Positions 1 through 10,689 of a stretch of 64,000 nt of DNA are shown one piece after another. Under the pieces are notes generated by a model that saw only the letters and a list, made by a program, of their open reading frames with translations, had not been told where the DNA came from and made no database searches. The position numbers and the translations under genes were made by a program. Source of the DNA: Terriglobia bacterium (GTDB lineage: Bacteria > Acidobacteriota > Terriglobia > Acidiferrales > UBA7541); assembly GCA_963695545.1 (NCBI GenBank), contig OY968796.1:544001-608000 (forward strand). The letters run 5' to 3'. Every line of letters starts with the position of its first letter. Position 1 is the first letter of the stretch.

Positions 1-2
1 GA

Positions 3-275
3 TATGACGCTAACAAAATCCGGTTTAAGGAGAAGACCTTCACCGATTCGATCAGCGCGAACGGCGCCCTGGTTCTGCTCGCGGCGCCGGTCACCAAGGG
101 CCTGCGTCTGGCTCTCTCGAAAGACCCGGAAGGAACCGCGCTCGATTGCGTCGTGGTCTATGTCGGCCGGCGTCAAGGCGCCGAGGTCGAGATCGGCGTG
201 AAGTTCGCGCAGCCCAATCCAGTGTTCTGGGGAGTGTCCTTCCCGCCGATTGACGACTCGACGCACCGTCCGTGA
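3..275 (+). CDS. PilZ-like domain protein, 3' part (5'-truncated by window edge)
   Basis: Open frame from position 3: YDANKIRFKEKTFTDSISANGALVLL...DCVVVYVG...EIGVKFAQPNPVFWGVSFPP*. Same pattern as the N-terminal PilZ-like module of 43701-44591. Not in the ORF track. Confidence 0.7.
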   Translation, partial: YDANKIRFKEKTFTDSISANGALVLLAAPVTKGLRLALSKDPEGTALDCVVVYVGRRQGAEVEIGVKFAQPNPVFWGVSFPPIDDSTHRP

Positions 276-505
276 GCGAAATCCCCGTTTGAAGTTCGCT
301 TGCGTCAAGCAAGACTGAAGAACAGTCAGATGTTCAAACTGTGGGTTTGGGCGCGCGCGGAGGCAGATCGCGCACCTGTACCGTGTCTTCGATATTAGCG
401 CCGCGATAGCGATCTGGAATTCTTCCCGAAATATGTGTCTGTGACTCGCCGATGGCTAGATCCGAGCGCGTGGCCGGCTCCGCCGGACTCCGCGGCTAAC
501 GTGAG

Positions 506-3202
506 CTACGGTGCTTGCCAATCGAGAGAGTAGATTTCCTGGGTGCCGGTGTCGCGCAGGAGAAGAGGCGAATCGTCGGGAGCCATGCCTAGCCAGATAC
601 CGTAAGAACCTGTTTGCGGAAAGTTTTTCAGATCGGCCACTCGTTCGAGCTTCCGGTCGCTGATGCGCACGCGCATGACGGACGGCTGATCTTCCTCATG
701 TAAGAAGTAGATATACTCTCCGCTTTTCGACCAGTTGGGGAACGCCATGCTGATCGTCGCGATCTCCTGCCACTTTTGAGTGGCAAAATCGAAAAGCATC
801 AAGCTACGGGAATCGGAAGGCATCGCAACCATATAGCGTCCATCGGGAGACCAGCGCGGCGAGAAGAGGCCGCTTGAGCCGGGCAGGGTCGAAACTTGCT
901 GGGTCTTAACGTCGAGGATCCGGACGCCGGCGTTCTGATCGGTTATACCACCCCCGAAGGCAATTCTGGTCCCGTCGGGGGACCAAGTCGGATCCCATTC
1001 ATCCTCGGAATCTCCGGGCATCAGTTCGCGCGGCGTTCCCCCATCGGTCGAAACCATGTACAACTTCGATTTCTGGCCAGCCGAAAAGACATAGAAAACG
1101 ATCTGCCGACCATCCGGGGACCATCTAGGCGCGAAGGCAGCGAGCGGCGGGTAGCTAAGCTGCATTCGCTGAGTACCGTCCACTTTGCTTCTCCACAGAG
1201 TTCCGTCCGGGTAGCTGACGTACGCCGCCCACTGCCCATCTTTAGAGAAGCTGACTCCATCCGCCGAAATTCCGGAAAGAAACGGAACGAACTGCGAGGA
1301 GCTTGCATCGTAGCGAGCCAGTTCCCCGCGCGCCAGCGTCCCCACCACGAACAGTTTCTTGCCGTCCTTGCTTGGCAGAGGCGAGGAGTAAGTCATCGGC
1401 CCGGTGGTCAGCTGGACGGGTTGGCCATCGGCTTTTCCAAACCAATTCCCCTTTTCGGCAAGAGCCCAGATATTGCCTCCCACCTGGAAAACGAAATATT
1501 TCCCATCCTCGGTCCAATTGCCGCAACATTCGCTGGGAGCAGTTTGCCAGCCGGGCAACAAGGGTTGCAGGCTCGATCCGTTGACCGAAACCTGCCAAAG
1601 CGAGTGCGCACGCGATAGTCTATCGCCGACACTGAATCGAATCACGGCGCCGTCCGGCGACCAGGCGACTTTGAAAACCCGGGCGGACGCGGAGGCCAGC
1701 TTGCGGGGTTCGGTGCCGTCACTCTTTGCCAGGAATAAATCACGTCCGTTGGCGTAAGCGATCGTTTGGCCGTCCGGAGACCAGGCAGCACTCTGTCCGA
1801 CCGCATCTCCCAGTCTTTGAGGTGATCCGCCCAGCACGGGCACTCCCCAGAGTGGCCCAATAAATGACGTCTCGCCCACCTCGTTCGCGACCAGCAATGT
1901 CGACCCGTCGGGCGAAACGTTGAGCGGAACCATGGTCGGCGCGGGAACCGCGACGTGCGCTACCTCTCCGCCGGAGACAGACACCTGCGCGAGGCTCAAG
2001 CCCGCCGACGCATCCTCGCTAAAGTAAAGCCGTGCCCCGTCGGTCCCCACCAGATCCTTTGGATAGCTGTCGTGAGTAACCGCGACGTATCCCGACACCT
2101 TGGGCGGGGGCAGAGGACGCGATTGCAGATAGATCAACGCCGCGATGACGACGAGAACCACGCCACCGGCGACCGCGACTGACGGGCGTTTCCACCAAGG
2201 CCGCGGAGCGTTGGTGACGGCCGCGGCAACTGCGGATCCGATTGTCTCGGCCGCGGATGGAAGTGCGGCGGCAGCCGAAGAGATTGTGGCGGCGGATCGG
2301 CCCGAATCGGTGTCGCGCCGCAATCGCTTGAGGTCCGCTCGCAGCTCGGCCGCGCTTTGGTATCGCAGTTCGCGGTCCTTCTCGAGCGCCTTGTTGATGA
2401 TCTCTTCGAGCTTCGGCGGGATTTCCGGATTCAGTCGAACCGGCGCGACGGGAGCACGGTTGAGGATGGCTTCGAAAATCACCGCGGAAGTGTCGCCGCG
2501 GAAGGGGAGCGAGCCGGTGCTCATTTCGTAGAGCACCACGCCGAAGGAGAAGAGGTCGGTTCGCGCGTCGAGTTCCCTGCCTCGCGCTTGCTCGGGAGAC
2601 ATATAGGCGACCGTTCCCAGCGCCGAGCCGGGACTGGTGAGTTGGGTCTCAGGGACCTGCGTGGCCGCCGTGGAGATCGACGCCGCGGATGGCCCGGGAA
2701 CGGACGTCGGCTGAGCCGTCAGCTTCGCCAAGCCGAAATCGAGGATCTTCGCGTGGCCCCGCGTGGTGACAAATATGTTCGCCGGCTTGATGTCGCGGTG
2801 CACGATGCCCCGCGCATGAGCGGCATCGAGCGCGTCGGCTACTTGAATTCCGAGATCGAGCAACTCGTCGAGGTCGAGCGGCTTGCCCCGAATCACGTGC
2901 CTGAGCGTTTGCCCTTCGAGCAATTCCATGGCGATGAAGGATTTTCCATCCGATTCGTCAACCTCATAGATGGTGCAAATGTTGGGGTGATTGAGCGCCG
3001 AGGCGGCCAAGGCTTCGCGCTGGAAACGCTCGCGCGCCGCCGGGTCTTTCGCAAGTTCTTCGGGAAGAAATTTCAGCGCGACTTGGCGGCGGAGTTTGGA
3101 GTCCTCCGCCTTGTACACCACGCCCATTCCTCCTCCGCCGACTTGTTCAAGGATACGGTAATGCGAAATGGTTTGGCCGACGAGCGATGAGGAGTCCGCC
3201 AT
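506..3202 (-). CDS. Membrane Ser/Thr protein kinase with C-terminal TolB-like (PD40) beta-propeller
   Basis: [24 protein letters not shown] and YMSPEQ kinase motifs; TM segment [18 protein letters not shown]; repeated WSPDG motifs. Confidence 0.95.
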   Translation of the reverse strand: MADSSSLVGQTISHYRILEQVGGGGMGVVYKAEDSKLRRQVALKFLPEELAKDPAARERFQREALAASALNHPNICTIYEVDESDGKSFIAMELLEGQTLRHVIRGKPLDLDELLDLGIQVADALDAAHARGIVHRDIKPANIFVTTRGHAKILDFGLAKLTAQPTSVPGPSAASISTAATQVPETQLTSPGSALGTVAYMSPEQARGRELDARTDLFSFGVVLYEMSTGSLPFRGDTSAVIFEAILNRAPVAPVRLNPEIPPKLEEIINKALEKDRELRYQSAAELRADLKRLRRDTDSGRSAATISSAAAALPSAAETIGSAVAAAVTNAPRPWWKRPSVAVAGGVVLVVIAALIYLQSRPLPPPKVSGYVAVTHDSYPKDLVGTDGARLYFSEDASAGLSLAQVSVSGGEVAHVAVPAPTMVPLNVSPDGSTLLVANEVGETSFIGPLWGVPVLGGSPQRLGDAVGQSAAWSPDGQTIAYANGRDLFLAKSDGTEPRKLASASARVFKVAWSPDGAVIRFSVGDRLSRAHSLWQVSVNGSSLQPLLPGWQTAPSECCGNWTEDGKYFVFQVGGNIWALAEKGNWFGKADGQPVQLTTGPMTYSSPLPSKDGKKLFVVGTLARGELARYDASSSQFVPFLSGISADGVSFSKDGQWAAYVSYPDGTLWRSKVDGTQRMQLSYPPLAAFAPRWSPDGRQIVFYVFSAGQKSKLYMVSTDGGTPRELMPGDSEDEWDPTWSPDGTRIAFGGGITDQNAGVRILDVKTQQVSTLPGSSGLFSPRWSPDGRYMVAMPSDSRSLMLFDFATQKWQEIATISMAFPNWSKSGEYIYFLHEEDQPSVMRVRISDRKLERVADLKNFPQTGSYGIWLGMAPDDSPLLLRDTGTQEIYSLDWQAP

Positions 3203-3211
3203 GAGGCGATG

Positions 3212-3241
3212 ATCTTAGGTTGCGGAAAGAAGGCCAGTCAA
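3212..3241 (-). promoter_or_regulatory. Putative sigma70 promoter of the kinase gene (near-leaderless)
   Basis: TTGACT-18 nt-TAAGAT, 9 nt upstream of the ATG at 3202; no SD sequence. Confidence 0.4.
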
Positions 3242-3327
3242 GGAAGCGCAGCAGCCTGCGGACGAAGTCCCGATCACCGCGCGAAGAGCACGGGTGAATT
3301 CGCGATTCAAAACCAAAGAATAGATGG

Positions 3328-3564
3328 TCAGACGGCGGGCTTGGGCGCGGGCGGAGGAAGATCGCGGGCCTGCACCGTATCCTGGAAATTGGCAGCGCGA
3401 TGCGCGCCGTCGCAGAACGGCTTGTTCGCGGAGTGGCCGCAGCGGCAGAGTGAGATCGTGGTGCGGCCGGCGAGGCCGAAGCTCTTGCCGCTCGGATCGA
3501 GAATCTCGAAGTCGCCCTCGACGCGCAGAGGGCCGTTATTCACGGGCACAATTTTTGTGGGCAT
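3328..3564 (-). CDS. CDGSH iron-sulfur domain protein
   Basis: NGPLRVEG...LCRCGHSANKPFCDGAH; ATG at 3564 preceded by GAAAGGA. Confidence 0.92.
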   Translation of the reverse strand: MPTKIVPVNNGPLRVEGDFEILDPSGKSFGLAGRTTISLCRCGHSANKPFCDGAHRAANFQDTVQARDLPPPAPKPAV

Positions 3565-3610
3565 GCGATTCCTTTCGTGGCCTAATTTCAATTCGTCTGA
3601 ATAATTCGCG

Positions 3611-4789
3611 TCAATATTTCGGCACGGACGGATCGACTTCATCCGACCACGCCAGGATGCCGCCCTTCAAATTCCAAATTTTCTTGAAGCCGGCCTTTTG
3701 CAGAAATTCCACGGCGTCGGCTGAGCGTTTTCCGCTGCGGCAATGCGCCACGATTTCCCGCGAGCTATCGAGTTCGCTGACGCGCTTGGGCAAATCGCCC
3801 AGCGGAATCAGGTGGCCGTGAATATTGCAAATCTGATATTCGTGCGGCTCGCGCACGTCCAGAATGAAAAGGTCGTCGCCGCGATCGAGCCGCGTCTTCA
3901 GCTCGCGCGGTGTAATTTCAGGTATTCCGGTGGTCACAACAGGTGCCTCCTCGCCTCGTATTCCGCAAAATTCTTCGTAATCAATCAATTTGTTGATCGT
4001 GCGATTCTCGCCGCAAATCGGGCACGCGGGATTCTGGCGCACCTTCAGTTCGCGGAAGCGCATGGCCAGCGCGTCAAAAAGCAGCAGCCGGCCGGCCAGC
4101 GATTCGCCCGCTCCCAAAATCAGCTTGATCGTTTCCATCGCCTGCAGCGAACCGACAATCCCCGGCAACACGCCGAGCACTCCGCCTTCCGCGCACGACG
4201 GCACCAAGCCCGGCGGCGGCGGTTCAGGGTAAAGGCAGCGATAGCACGGCCCCGATGGCGCGCCGAACACGGTCACTTGCCCCTCAAACCGGAAAATTGA
4301 GCCGTAAACGTTCGGCTTGCCAAGCAGCACGCACGCATCGTTCACCAGATAGCGCGTCGGGAAATTGTCGGTGCCATCGACGATGATGTCGAAATCTTTG
4401 AACAGATCAAGCGCGTTCTCGCTGGTCAATCGCGTGTCGAACGTATCGATCTGAATATCCGGATTCATCGCGGACAAGCGATCGCGCGCGGCCTCGGCCT
4501 TTTTCCGGCCGACGTCTTTAGTCGAAAACGTGATTTGCCGCTGAAGATTCGTGAAATCCACCACATCAAAATCCACGATGCCCAACCGCCCCACGCCGGC
4601 CGCTGCCAGATAAAGTCCAAGCGGCGCGCCCAAACCTCCGGCGCCGATCAGCAGCACTTGCGCCTTCTTGAGCTTCAGCTGCCCTTCCATGCCGACCTCC
4701 GGCATGATCAAGTGCCGGCTGTACCGCAAAATTTCTTCCTTCGATAGCTTCAGGTCTTGTTTCGGCAATGCGCTCGTGTCAATGGGCAT
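3611..4789 (-). CDS. moeZ: MoeB/MoeZ-type sulfur-carrier adenylyltransferase with C-terminal rhodanese domain
   Basis: RYSRH, GAGGLG, NLQRQ, DGTDN, CYRC/CPIC zinc pairs, rhodanese CRSGKRS; start at 4789 with AGGAG SD. Confidence 0.93.
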   Translation of the reverse strand: MPIDTSALPKQDLKLSKEEILRYSRHLIMPEVGMEGQLKLKKAQVLLIGAGGLGAPLGLYLAAAGVGRLGIVDFDVVDFTNLQRQITFSTKDVGRKKAEAARDRLSAMNPDIQIDTFDTRLTSENALDLFKDFDIIVDGTDNFPTRYLVNDACVLLGKPNVYGSIFRFEGQVTVFGAPSGPCYRCLYPEPPPPGLVPSCAEGGVLGVLPGIVGSLQAMETIKLILGAGESLAGRLLLFDALAMRFRELKVRQNPACPICGENRTINKLIDYEEFCGIRGEEAPVVTTGIPEITPRELKTRLDRGDDLFILDVREPHEYQICNIHGHLIPLGDLPKRVSELDSSREIVAHCRSGKRSADAVEFLQKAGFKKIWNLKGGILAWSDEVDPSVPKY

Positions 4790-4811
4790 GGCGATCTCCT
4801 GCTTTCGGGCC

Positions 4812-5117
4812 TCAGGCGCGCACGCGCAGATTTCGTTCGTCTGCGCCGCCGGCGATCGACGGCACAATCGTGATCGTGTCGCCGGATTTCGTGGGCGTCT
4901 TCTCTTGCTTCAAAAAGCGAATGTCCTCGTCGTTCAAATAAACATTCACGAAGCTGCGGATCTGTCCCTCGGGCGTGTAGAGATGTTTCTTCAGATCGGC
5001 GTACGTCGCCGTCAAGCGATCGAGCGCGTCACCAACCGTCGCGGCGTCAAATTCCACGCTGGCCTTGTGCTCGGCATACGGACGCAACGGCGTCGGCAAA
5101 ATCACTTTCACGGCCAT
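4812..5117 (-). CDS. MoaD/CysO-like ubiquitin-fold sulfur carrier with residues after the GG motif
   Basis: VILPTPLR...FVNVYLNDEDIRFL...IVPSIAGG followed by ADERNLRVRA; TGATG overlap with the upstream gene. Confidence 0.9.
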   Translation of the reverse strand: MAVKVILPTPLRPYAEHKASVEFDAATVGDALDRLTATYADLKKHLYTPEGQIRSFVNVYLNDEDIRFLKQEKTPTKSGDTITIVPSIAGGADERNLRVRA

Positions 5118-5575
5118 CAGAGCTTTCCTCCCACGGACGACTTGTGTTGCGCGGCCCCCGCGGATGAAAGCGGCTCGGGCTCGAATCGCGCGCGATCGTC
5201 GGTCAGCCGCCACGAAGTCATCTCGCACGGCACCGCCGCCGCAACCGCCACGATGATGTAACTGTACCAGGGCCACGCGTGTTCGCGATCGAACTCCGAT
5301 GGCCGCGCCGGATGATCCGGATGCGAATGATACCAGCCGATCAAATCCAGGCCGCGCTCCGTGGCGGCGCGCTCGGCCGCGCGCACATCTTCAGCCGTGA
5401 TCTCGAAACGATTGCGCGGCGAATCGTCGCGCCGATTTGAAAGCGGCACCAGATCGCGCACCGCGCGCCCCGCCGCGCCGTCCGTGCCCAAAAGCGCGCC
5501 GCAGCATTCATACGGATAATCCTGCGCGCCATGCGCGCCGATCCTCGTTGCCAATTCTCGATTCAATTCAAGCAT
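5117..5575 (-). CDS. JAB/JAMM (M67, Mec-like) metallopeptidase
   Basis: YPYECCG...WYHSHPDHPARPSEFD JAMM motif. Confidence 0.92.
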   Translation of the reverse strand: MLELNRELATRIGAHGAQDYPYECCGALLGTDGAAGRAVRDLVPLSNRRDDSPRNRFEITAEDVRAAERAATERGLDLIGWYHSHPDHPARPSEFDREHAWPWYSYIIVAVAAAVPCEMTSWRLTDDRARFEPEPLSSAGAAQHKSSVGGKL

Positions 5576-5608
5576 GATCGTTTCCGCAAACCTGGCGTAG
5601 CTCGCCCG

Positions 5609-6580
5609 CTACTGCGCTTCATCCCAGAAGCGCTCGCTCAAATATTTCTCGCCCGAATCCGGAAACACGGTGACGATCACCGCGCTCGCGCCCGCGGGCA
5701 GCGCCGCCGCCACCTGGAAACATCCCGCCAAATTCGCCGCCGCGCTCGGGCTCAACAGCAAACCCTCTTCCCGCGCCGCGCGCTTCACCAATCGATACGC
5801 CGCTTCCGTGTTCACGCCCAAATTTTCATCCGCGAGGGACGCATCGTAAATCGCCGGCACAATCGCCGTCTCCATATGCTTCCAGCCCTCGAGCCCATGA
5901 AACGGCGAATCCGGCTGCAAGCTGATGCAGCGAATCGCCGGATTATATTCTTTCAACCGCCGCGTCGTGCCCACGAAAGTTCCGCTGGTCCCGAGCCCGG
6001 CCACGAAATGCGTCACGCGCCCCGCAGTCTGCTCCCAAATCTCCACCGCCGTCGTGCGATAGTGCGCCCGCCAGTTCGCTGCGTTGCCGTATTGATCCGG
6101 ATAAAAATATCGTCCCGGCTCGGCTTCGGCCACGATTTGCTGCACGCGTCGAATCGCGCCGTCGGAGCCTTCCCCGCCCGGCGTGATCACCAGCTCCGCG
6201 CCAAACGCTTTCAGAATTCGCTTGCGCTCCGGACTCGCGCTCTCCGGCAAGCAAAGCTTCACGCGATACCCGCGCGCCGCCGCGATCATGGCATAAGCGA
6301 TGCCGGTGTTTCCGCTCGTAGCGTCCAGGATCTCCACGCCCGGCCGCAGCGCGCCCGACCGCTCGCCCTCGAGAATCATGTTTAGCGCCGGGCGATCCTT
6401 CACCGAGCCGCCGGGATTGAACCACTCCGCCTTAGCGTAAAATTCGATGCCCGGAAAGTCGCGCGCGATTCGTTCCAGGCGCAGCAGGGGCGTGTTCCCG
6501 ATCAGATCGACCAGGTTCGTCCCCGCTTCGCGGCCGCGACGCGCCGATTCCGCTCGAAAAGTTTGGCTCGCCGAACTCAT
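5609..6580 (-). CDS. cysM: PLP-dependent cysteine synthase family protein (CysM-like)
   Basis: IGNTPL, NPGGSVKDR (PLP Lys), ATSGNTG, GLGTSGT, PDSGEKYLS. Start uncertain (6580 to 6652). Confidence 0.88.
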   Translation of the reverse strand: MSSASQTFRAESARRGREAGTNLVDLIGNTPLLRLERIARDFPGIEFYAKAEWFNPGGSVKDRPALNMILEGERSGALRPGVEILDATSGNTGIAYAMIAAARGYRVKLCLPESASPERKRILKAFGAELVITPGGEGSDGAIRRVQQIVAEAEPGRYFYPDQYGNAANWRAHYRTTAVEIWEQTAGRVTHFVAGLGTSGTFVGTTRRLKEYNPAIRCISLQPDSPFHGLEGWKHMETAIVPAIYDASLADENLGVNTEAAYRLVKRAAREEGLLLSPSAAANLAGCFQVAAALPAGASAVIVTVFPDSGEKYLSERFWDEAQ

Positions 6581-6774
6581 ATGCGCGGAATCCACTCCTC
6601 CGGACCGCCTGGCATACACCATTAGATGACCCGACGATGCACGGGTATTCACTCAATTTAGCATGGGTCACCCCAAAACACCGCCGCTAACGCCCAGCCG
6701 CGCGCCCCGGCCCTCCCCAAATTCGCCTTTACAGATGTGCCGCCGAATCCGTAGTCTTAAGCCTACGAGGAAAC

Positions 6775-7221
6775 ATGTGGAACGTTGACGAGCCTTTCTC
6801 TCCCCAAACTTTGGAGGCCCTGCCGAAAGCCGGCTTCGCCGTCGGCAGCACGCGCGGCGTAATGCGCGTCGAACGCTACGGCTGCGGCGCTGAATTCCGC
6901 CGCACGCCCAACGGCCACTTCGTGATGACCATCCTCCCCACCATCCTGATGAACGGCAATTTCACGCGCCTGTGGGACGCCGGCTACCAGAAATTCCTGA
7001 TCACCGACGACGGCCGCAAGCTCCCCGCGCAGGCCGAAGAGTTGGTGCGCATGCGCCGCTTCAATGAAGAGCTGCGCACCGCGCTCGGCGTGCCCACGTA
7101 TTACAACGAAGCCCTCGGCTCGACTTGCCAGGTCACCGAGTACGATCGCGTCGCCGGCCGCCGCGGCGATGTGCCCGACAGCGGCGTCGGCGCCATTCCC
7201 GACGACGGCGCAAATCACTAA
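6775..7221 (+). CDS. Hypothetical protein
   Basis: GAGG SD, ATG start, strong GC3 codon bias, protein-like composition; divergent from cysM. Confidence 0.8.
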   Translation: MWNVDEPFSPQTLEALPKAGFAVGSTRGVMRVERYGCGAEFRRTPNGHFVMTILPTILMNGNFTRLWDAGYQKFLITDDGRKLPAQAEELVRMRRFNEELRTALGVPTYYNEALGSTCQVTEYDRVAGRRGDVPDSGVGAIPDDGANH

Positions 7222-7278
7222 AGCATGCGAAAGGCCGCGCGCATGACAACGTTCCATAACCGCGACGTCGCGAACCGC

Positions 7279-7306
7279 TCGCCACTCACCACTAGCCAAT
7301 CGCCAC
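7279..7306 (+). repeat. Heptamer tandem repeat (TCGCCAC TCACCAC TAGCCAA TCGCCAC)
   Basis: Four degenerate 7-nt units read directly in the intergenic region. Confidence 0.6.
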
Positions 7307-7315
7307 TGGTCTAAA

Positions 7316-7921
7316 ATGACCGGTCTCGACAAGCTCCGCCTCACAGCCTTCGCGGTGGTCGTGGCCAGTTGGCTTGGCTTTAGTCTTGTCTTCTTTTTGG
7401 CGCGCCGAAAACTCCCGGCCAAGACGCAAGAAGCCAAACGCGATCCCGCATCGTATTGGGGTATCGCCATACAAACCGTCGCCATCTTCATGGTTTGGGC
7501 GTTTCATCGCAGCGACCTCGGCCCAATCCTGCCGATGCTGCCAGGGCCGCAGTGGGCGCAGGCCGCGATCTTGATCGCTGCGATGCTCATCGCGGTTTTC
7601 TCGCTGTGGCTCAGCATCGCCGCGGTTCGCACGCTCGGCAAGCAATGGACCTACGTCGCGCGTGTGATTGAGGGCCATCGTCTAATCACTGAAGGTCCTT
7701 ACAATTTGGTGCGCAATCCAATTTATCTCAGCATGTTCGGCTCGCTCGTCGCCACCGGCCTGGTTTTCGGCAAATGGTGGGCGTTCTTGCCCGCCGTCAT
7801 CATTTTCTTGATCGGCACCCAGATTCGCATCTCGCGCGAAGAAAAACTCCTCTGCGCGACCTTCGGCGACGAATGGACCGATTACACCCGCCGCGTCCCC
7901 GCCTTCTTCCCCGGCTTCTAG
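7316..7921 (+). CDS. Isoprenylcysteine carboxyl methyltransferase (ICMT/PEMT) family membrane protein
   Basis: LGKQW...HRLITEGPYNLVRNPIY...EEKLL...FGDEWTDY.RRVP; multiple TM segments. Confidence 0.9.
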   Translation: MTGLDKLRLTAFAVVVASWLGFSLVFFLARRKLPAKTQEAKRDPASYWGIAIQTVAIFMVWAFHRSDLGPILPMLPGPQWAQAAILIAAMLIAVFSLWLSIAAVRTLGKQWTYVARVIEGHRLITEGPYNLVRNPIYLSMFGSLVATGLVFGKWWAFLPAVIIFLIGTQIRISREEKLLCATFGDEWTDYTRRVPAFFPGF

Positions 7922-8241
7922 CCCCGCGCCGCCTCTTCCAGCTGACGCCGAAATTGCGCCGCCAGCACGCGATGCTTCGCCACCTTCCGCGCGCCCAGAA
8001 AAATCACCGGCACATCGAAATCGTGCCGCGCGCGCAACACCGCATCCTCATCAATATTCACTTCCCGCATCCGCGCCCCAAACTCCGCCAGCAGCGGTGC
8101 CATCACACGCTTCGCCTCTTCGCACAGATGGCACCCCGGCCGCGTATAAAGCGTCACGTCAAGCGCCGCTGCCGCGGCCAGCCGGCCATCTTCCTCGCCA
8201 GTCGGTTTATTGGTGGGCTTATCGGTAGGCATACGGACCAT
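7918..8241 (-). CDS. Glutaredoxin-like protein (DUF836/NrdH type)
   Basis: LYTRPGCHLCEEA (CxxC), DVPV cis-Pro motif. Confidence 0.88.
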   Translation of the reverse strand: MVRMPTDKPTNKPTGEEDGRLAAAAALDVTLYTRPGCHLCEEAKRVMAPLLAEFGARMREVNIDEDAVLRARHDFDVPVIFLGARKVAKHRVLAAQFRRQLEEAARG

Positions 8242-8424
8242 TGCGCCACCGCCCCTTATAACCCAGCGCGCGCCCCTGCCGAAAGTCGTCCGGGCGATAG
8301 GTGGCGCCTCGGATTCCCGCCGTCCCCATTATCAAGCTCCCGTTGTTGAACAATGCCTTGTACGCCCCATACGCTTCACTTAGAATCCCAGCAATTCAAG
8401 TATCCGGCGAAAGAGAACGCAACA

Positions 8425-9117
8425 ATGAGCGCAAGAATCGTTTTGCTCCTATCGCTCCCTCTGGTTCTTCTGGGGAGCGCGGCCGTCGCCATTCCTGGAT
8501 CTCCCGCGCCCGCCGGATCACCGTCCCAGATAACCTACACACTCATGGGAAGGAAGATGGCAGCGCCGGGTGCAAAATACCGAAGCTCGAATCGCATTTT
8601 CGCCATTGTCGTTCCGCCAATCACCGGCTTCGACAGTCCAACCTGGCGCGCATTCGACGATTGCCGCAAAGGTGACCACGAAGCCGTGATGCTCCGCGTA
8701 GTCGACTTCGGCGAAATGTACCGCGCCGGAGTCGTTTTCGAGCCAGCGGGAGAGGTGGATCTCGATACTATTGCGCCGCAACTCATGATTTCCGACAAGA
8801 GCCAGATCGGCGCCCCTCTTGAATCGATCGAGGAAACTCACGTAAGCACACAATTCGGCGACGCCACGCTGCGATTGTACTCAATCAAGGGCGGCTCGCT
8901 GATTGTGACCACTGCCCTCGGTCAAAAGCGCCAGAAACCCGAATCCCACGATAGTTACATTGCTCTCCTGGTCGTGCGCCAACCTGGTCGCATTCTGTTT
9001 GTCGCCGCGCAGGACGACTATGTGGGCATCATTGACAAAACGGCCGATGACGCGTGGAAGCAAGCGCTGAAGGCCCAAGCGCAAGCCCTCTTCGCCACCA
9101 TGACCCTCGGCAAGTGA
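8425..9117 (+). CDS. Hypothetical secreted protein
   Basis: Signal-peptide-like MSARIVLLLSLPLVLLGSAAVA; no recognisable domain. Confidence 0.7.
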   Translation: MSARIVLLLSLPLVLLGSAAVAIPGSPAPAGSPSQITYTLMGRKMAAPGAKYRSSNRIFAIVVPPITGFDSPTWRAFDDCRKGDHEAVMLRVVDFGEMYRAGVVFEPAGEVDLDTIAPQLMISDKSQIGAPLESIEETHVSTQFGDATLRLYSIKGGSLIVTTALGQKRQKPESHDSYIALLVVRQPGRILFVAAQDDYVGIIDKTADDAWKQALKAQAQALFATMTLGK

Positions 9118-9401
9118 GTGTTTTGCCGCGGCGAAGCATGTCCCCGCCTGCTCTGCTTGATGATCGCGCGCAGGATGGCTCCTTGCTTCACGACAGTCCT
9201 TGAGGAAATTCCCTCCCCGTCGATTCTTCGTGGAGAGAATATGACGGGGCTCCCTTCTGCCGCGTCACTTGCTCGACATGCTCAAAATTCAGACGAGAGC
9301 CATCAGCAAGCACCGGTAAGCAAATTTCGCACCCATCGATGCCGCTAGCATGGTTGGCCGTCTCGACTCCTGTAGAATGATTCTTTGAAGGAATTGCAGC
9401 G

Positions 9402-10403
9402 ATGAAAAGTCTATCCGAGACCCCACTCTCAGTCTTAGATCTCGCTCCGATCCGAGAAGGAAAATCTCTCGCAGACACCTTTGCCGCGTCGTTGGCTCTG
9501 GCGCGCTACGTCGAATCGCTTGGCTACAAAAGATTCTGGTTGGCCGAGCATCACAACTTGGCGGGCGTCGCGAGCTCCGCGACCTCCGTTCTCATCGGCT
9601 TCATCGCTTCCGGAACGAAAAAGATTCGCGTCGGCTCCGGCGGAATCATGCTCCCCAACCACGCGCCACTCATGGTCGCCGAAGAATTCGGAACCCTCGA
9701 AACTCTCTATCCCGGCCGAATCGACCTGGGTTTGGGCCGCGCGCCCGGCACAGATCAAGCCACCATGCGCGCGCTGCGGAAACGTCTAGGTCCGGAAGAC
9801 GACTTTGAAGAGCTGTTGCAGGAGCTGCAATTTTTTCTGGCCCCCGCGAAACCGAATCAGCAACTGCGCGCAATTCCCGGCGCGAATTTAGACATTCCCA
9901 TTTGGATTCTCGGCTCCAGCCTGTACAGCGCGCACCTGGCCGCCGCTCACGGTTTGCCCTACGCCTTCGCCGGTCACTTCGCGCCGGAAGAAATGCTCAA
10001 TGCGCTCGTGATCTATCGCCGCGAGTTCCAGCCTTCCGAAGTCTTGAAAAATCCCTACGTGATGATCGCCACGCAAGCCCTGGCTGCCGACACTGACGAG
10101 CAGGCCGATTTTCTGTCGACCACTCTCTACCTAAGATTCTTGGGCCTGATCCGCAATCAACGAACCGCTTTGTTGCCGCCCGTGAAGGACACCAGCAATC
10201 TCTGGTCGCCTTCCGAGCACCAAGCCATAAAGAACCGGCTTCGCTATGCCGCCATTGGCGGCCCAGCAAAAATTGCGGGCTCGCTCCAGAACTTGATCGA
10301 CCTGACGCAAGCCGACGAACTCATCATCAACTCTGAGCCCTACGACAGCGCCGCTCGCCTCCGCTCCTTTGAAATCATCGCCGGCTCCAGATCGGCCCAC
10401 TGA
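9402..10403 (+). CDS. LLM-class (luciferase-like) flavin-dependent oxidoreductase
   Basis: [45 protein letters not shown]. Confidence 0.93.
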   Translation: MKSLSETPLSVLDLAPIREGKSLADTFAASLALARYVESLGYKRFWLAEHHNLAGVASSATSVLIGFIASGTKKIRVGSGGIMLPNHAPLMVAEEFGTLETLYPGRIDLGLGRAPGTDQATMRALRKRLGPEDDFEELLQELQFFLAPAKPNQQLRAIPGANLDIPIWILGSSLYSAHLAAAHGLPYAFAGHFAPEEMLNALVIYRREFQPSEVLKNPYVMIATQALAADTDEQADFLSTTLYLRFLGLIRNQRTALLPPVKDTSNLWSPSEHQAIKNRLRYAAIGGPAKIAGSLQNLIDLTQADELIINSEPYDSAARLRSFEIIAGSRSAH

Positions 10404-10689
10404 CCTAGTTCGCCACCTGGAAATCTTCCAGGCGACCGCACGTACGCACCCGCTCATTCTGATCGGAGTGCTGACCTTCTTGCCCCGCGGCCACGCCAGC
10501 CAGCCGCGCGCTCTTCGAGGTTTGGCCACACGGCGCCTCACACCCCGATCAAGGGCCGGCGAAAGTGTCCGAAATGAAACAGCCTCGCGAGTGGGTCCCG
10601 TTGTTAAATATGCCTCCGACGCTTGGCATCCGGACTGAAAGGCAGTCGGCCGGCGTGCCGCGAAGGTATCGCAGTTCTTGGGATAACCG

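Noticed and set aside
4789..4867. Possible frameshifted carrier-MoeZ fusion (the moeZ frame is open back to the GG codons)
   Set aside because: moeZ has its own AGGAG SD and ATG, and no slippery sequence is evident; treated as two genes.
9125..9150. Degenerate REP-like hairpin after the 8425-9117 gene
   Set aside because: Too many mismatches and no second copy in the window.
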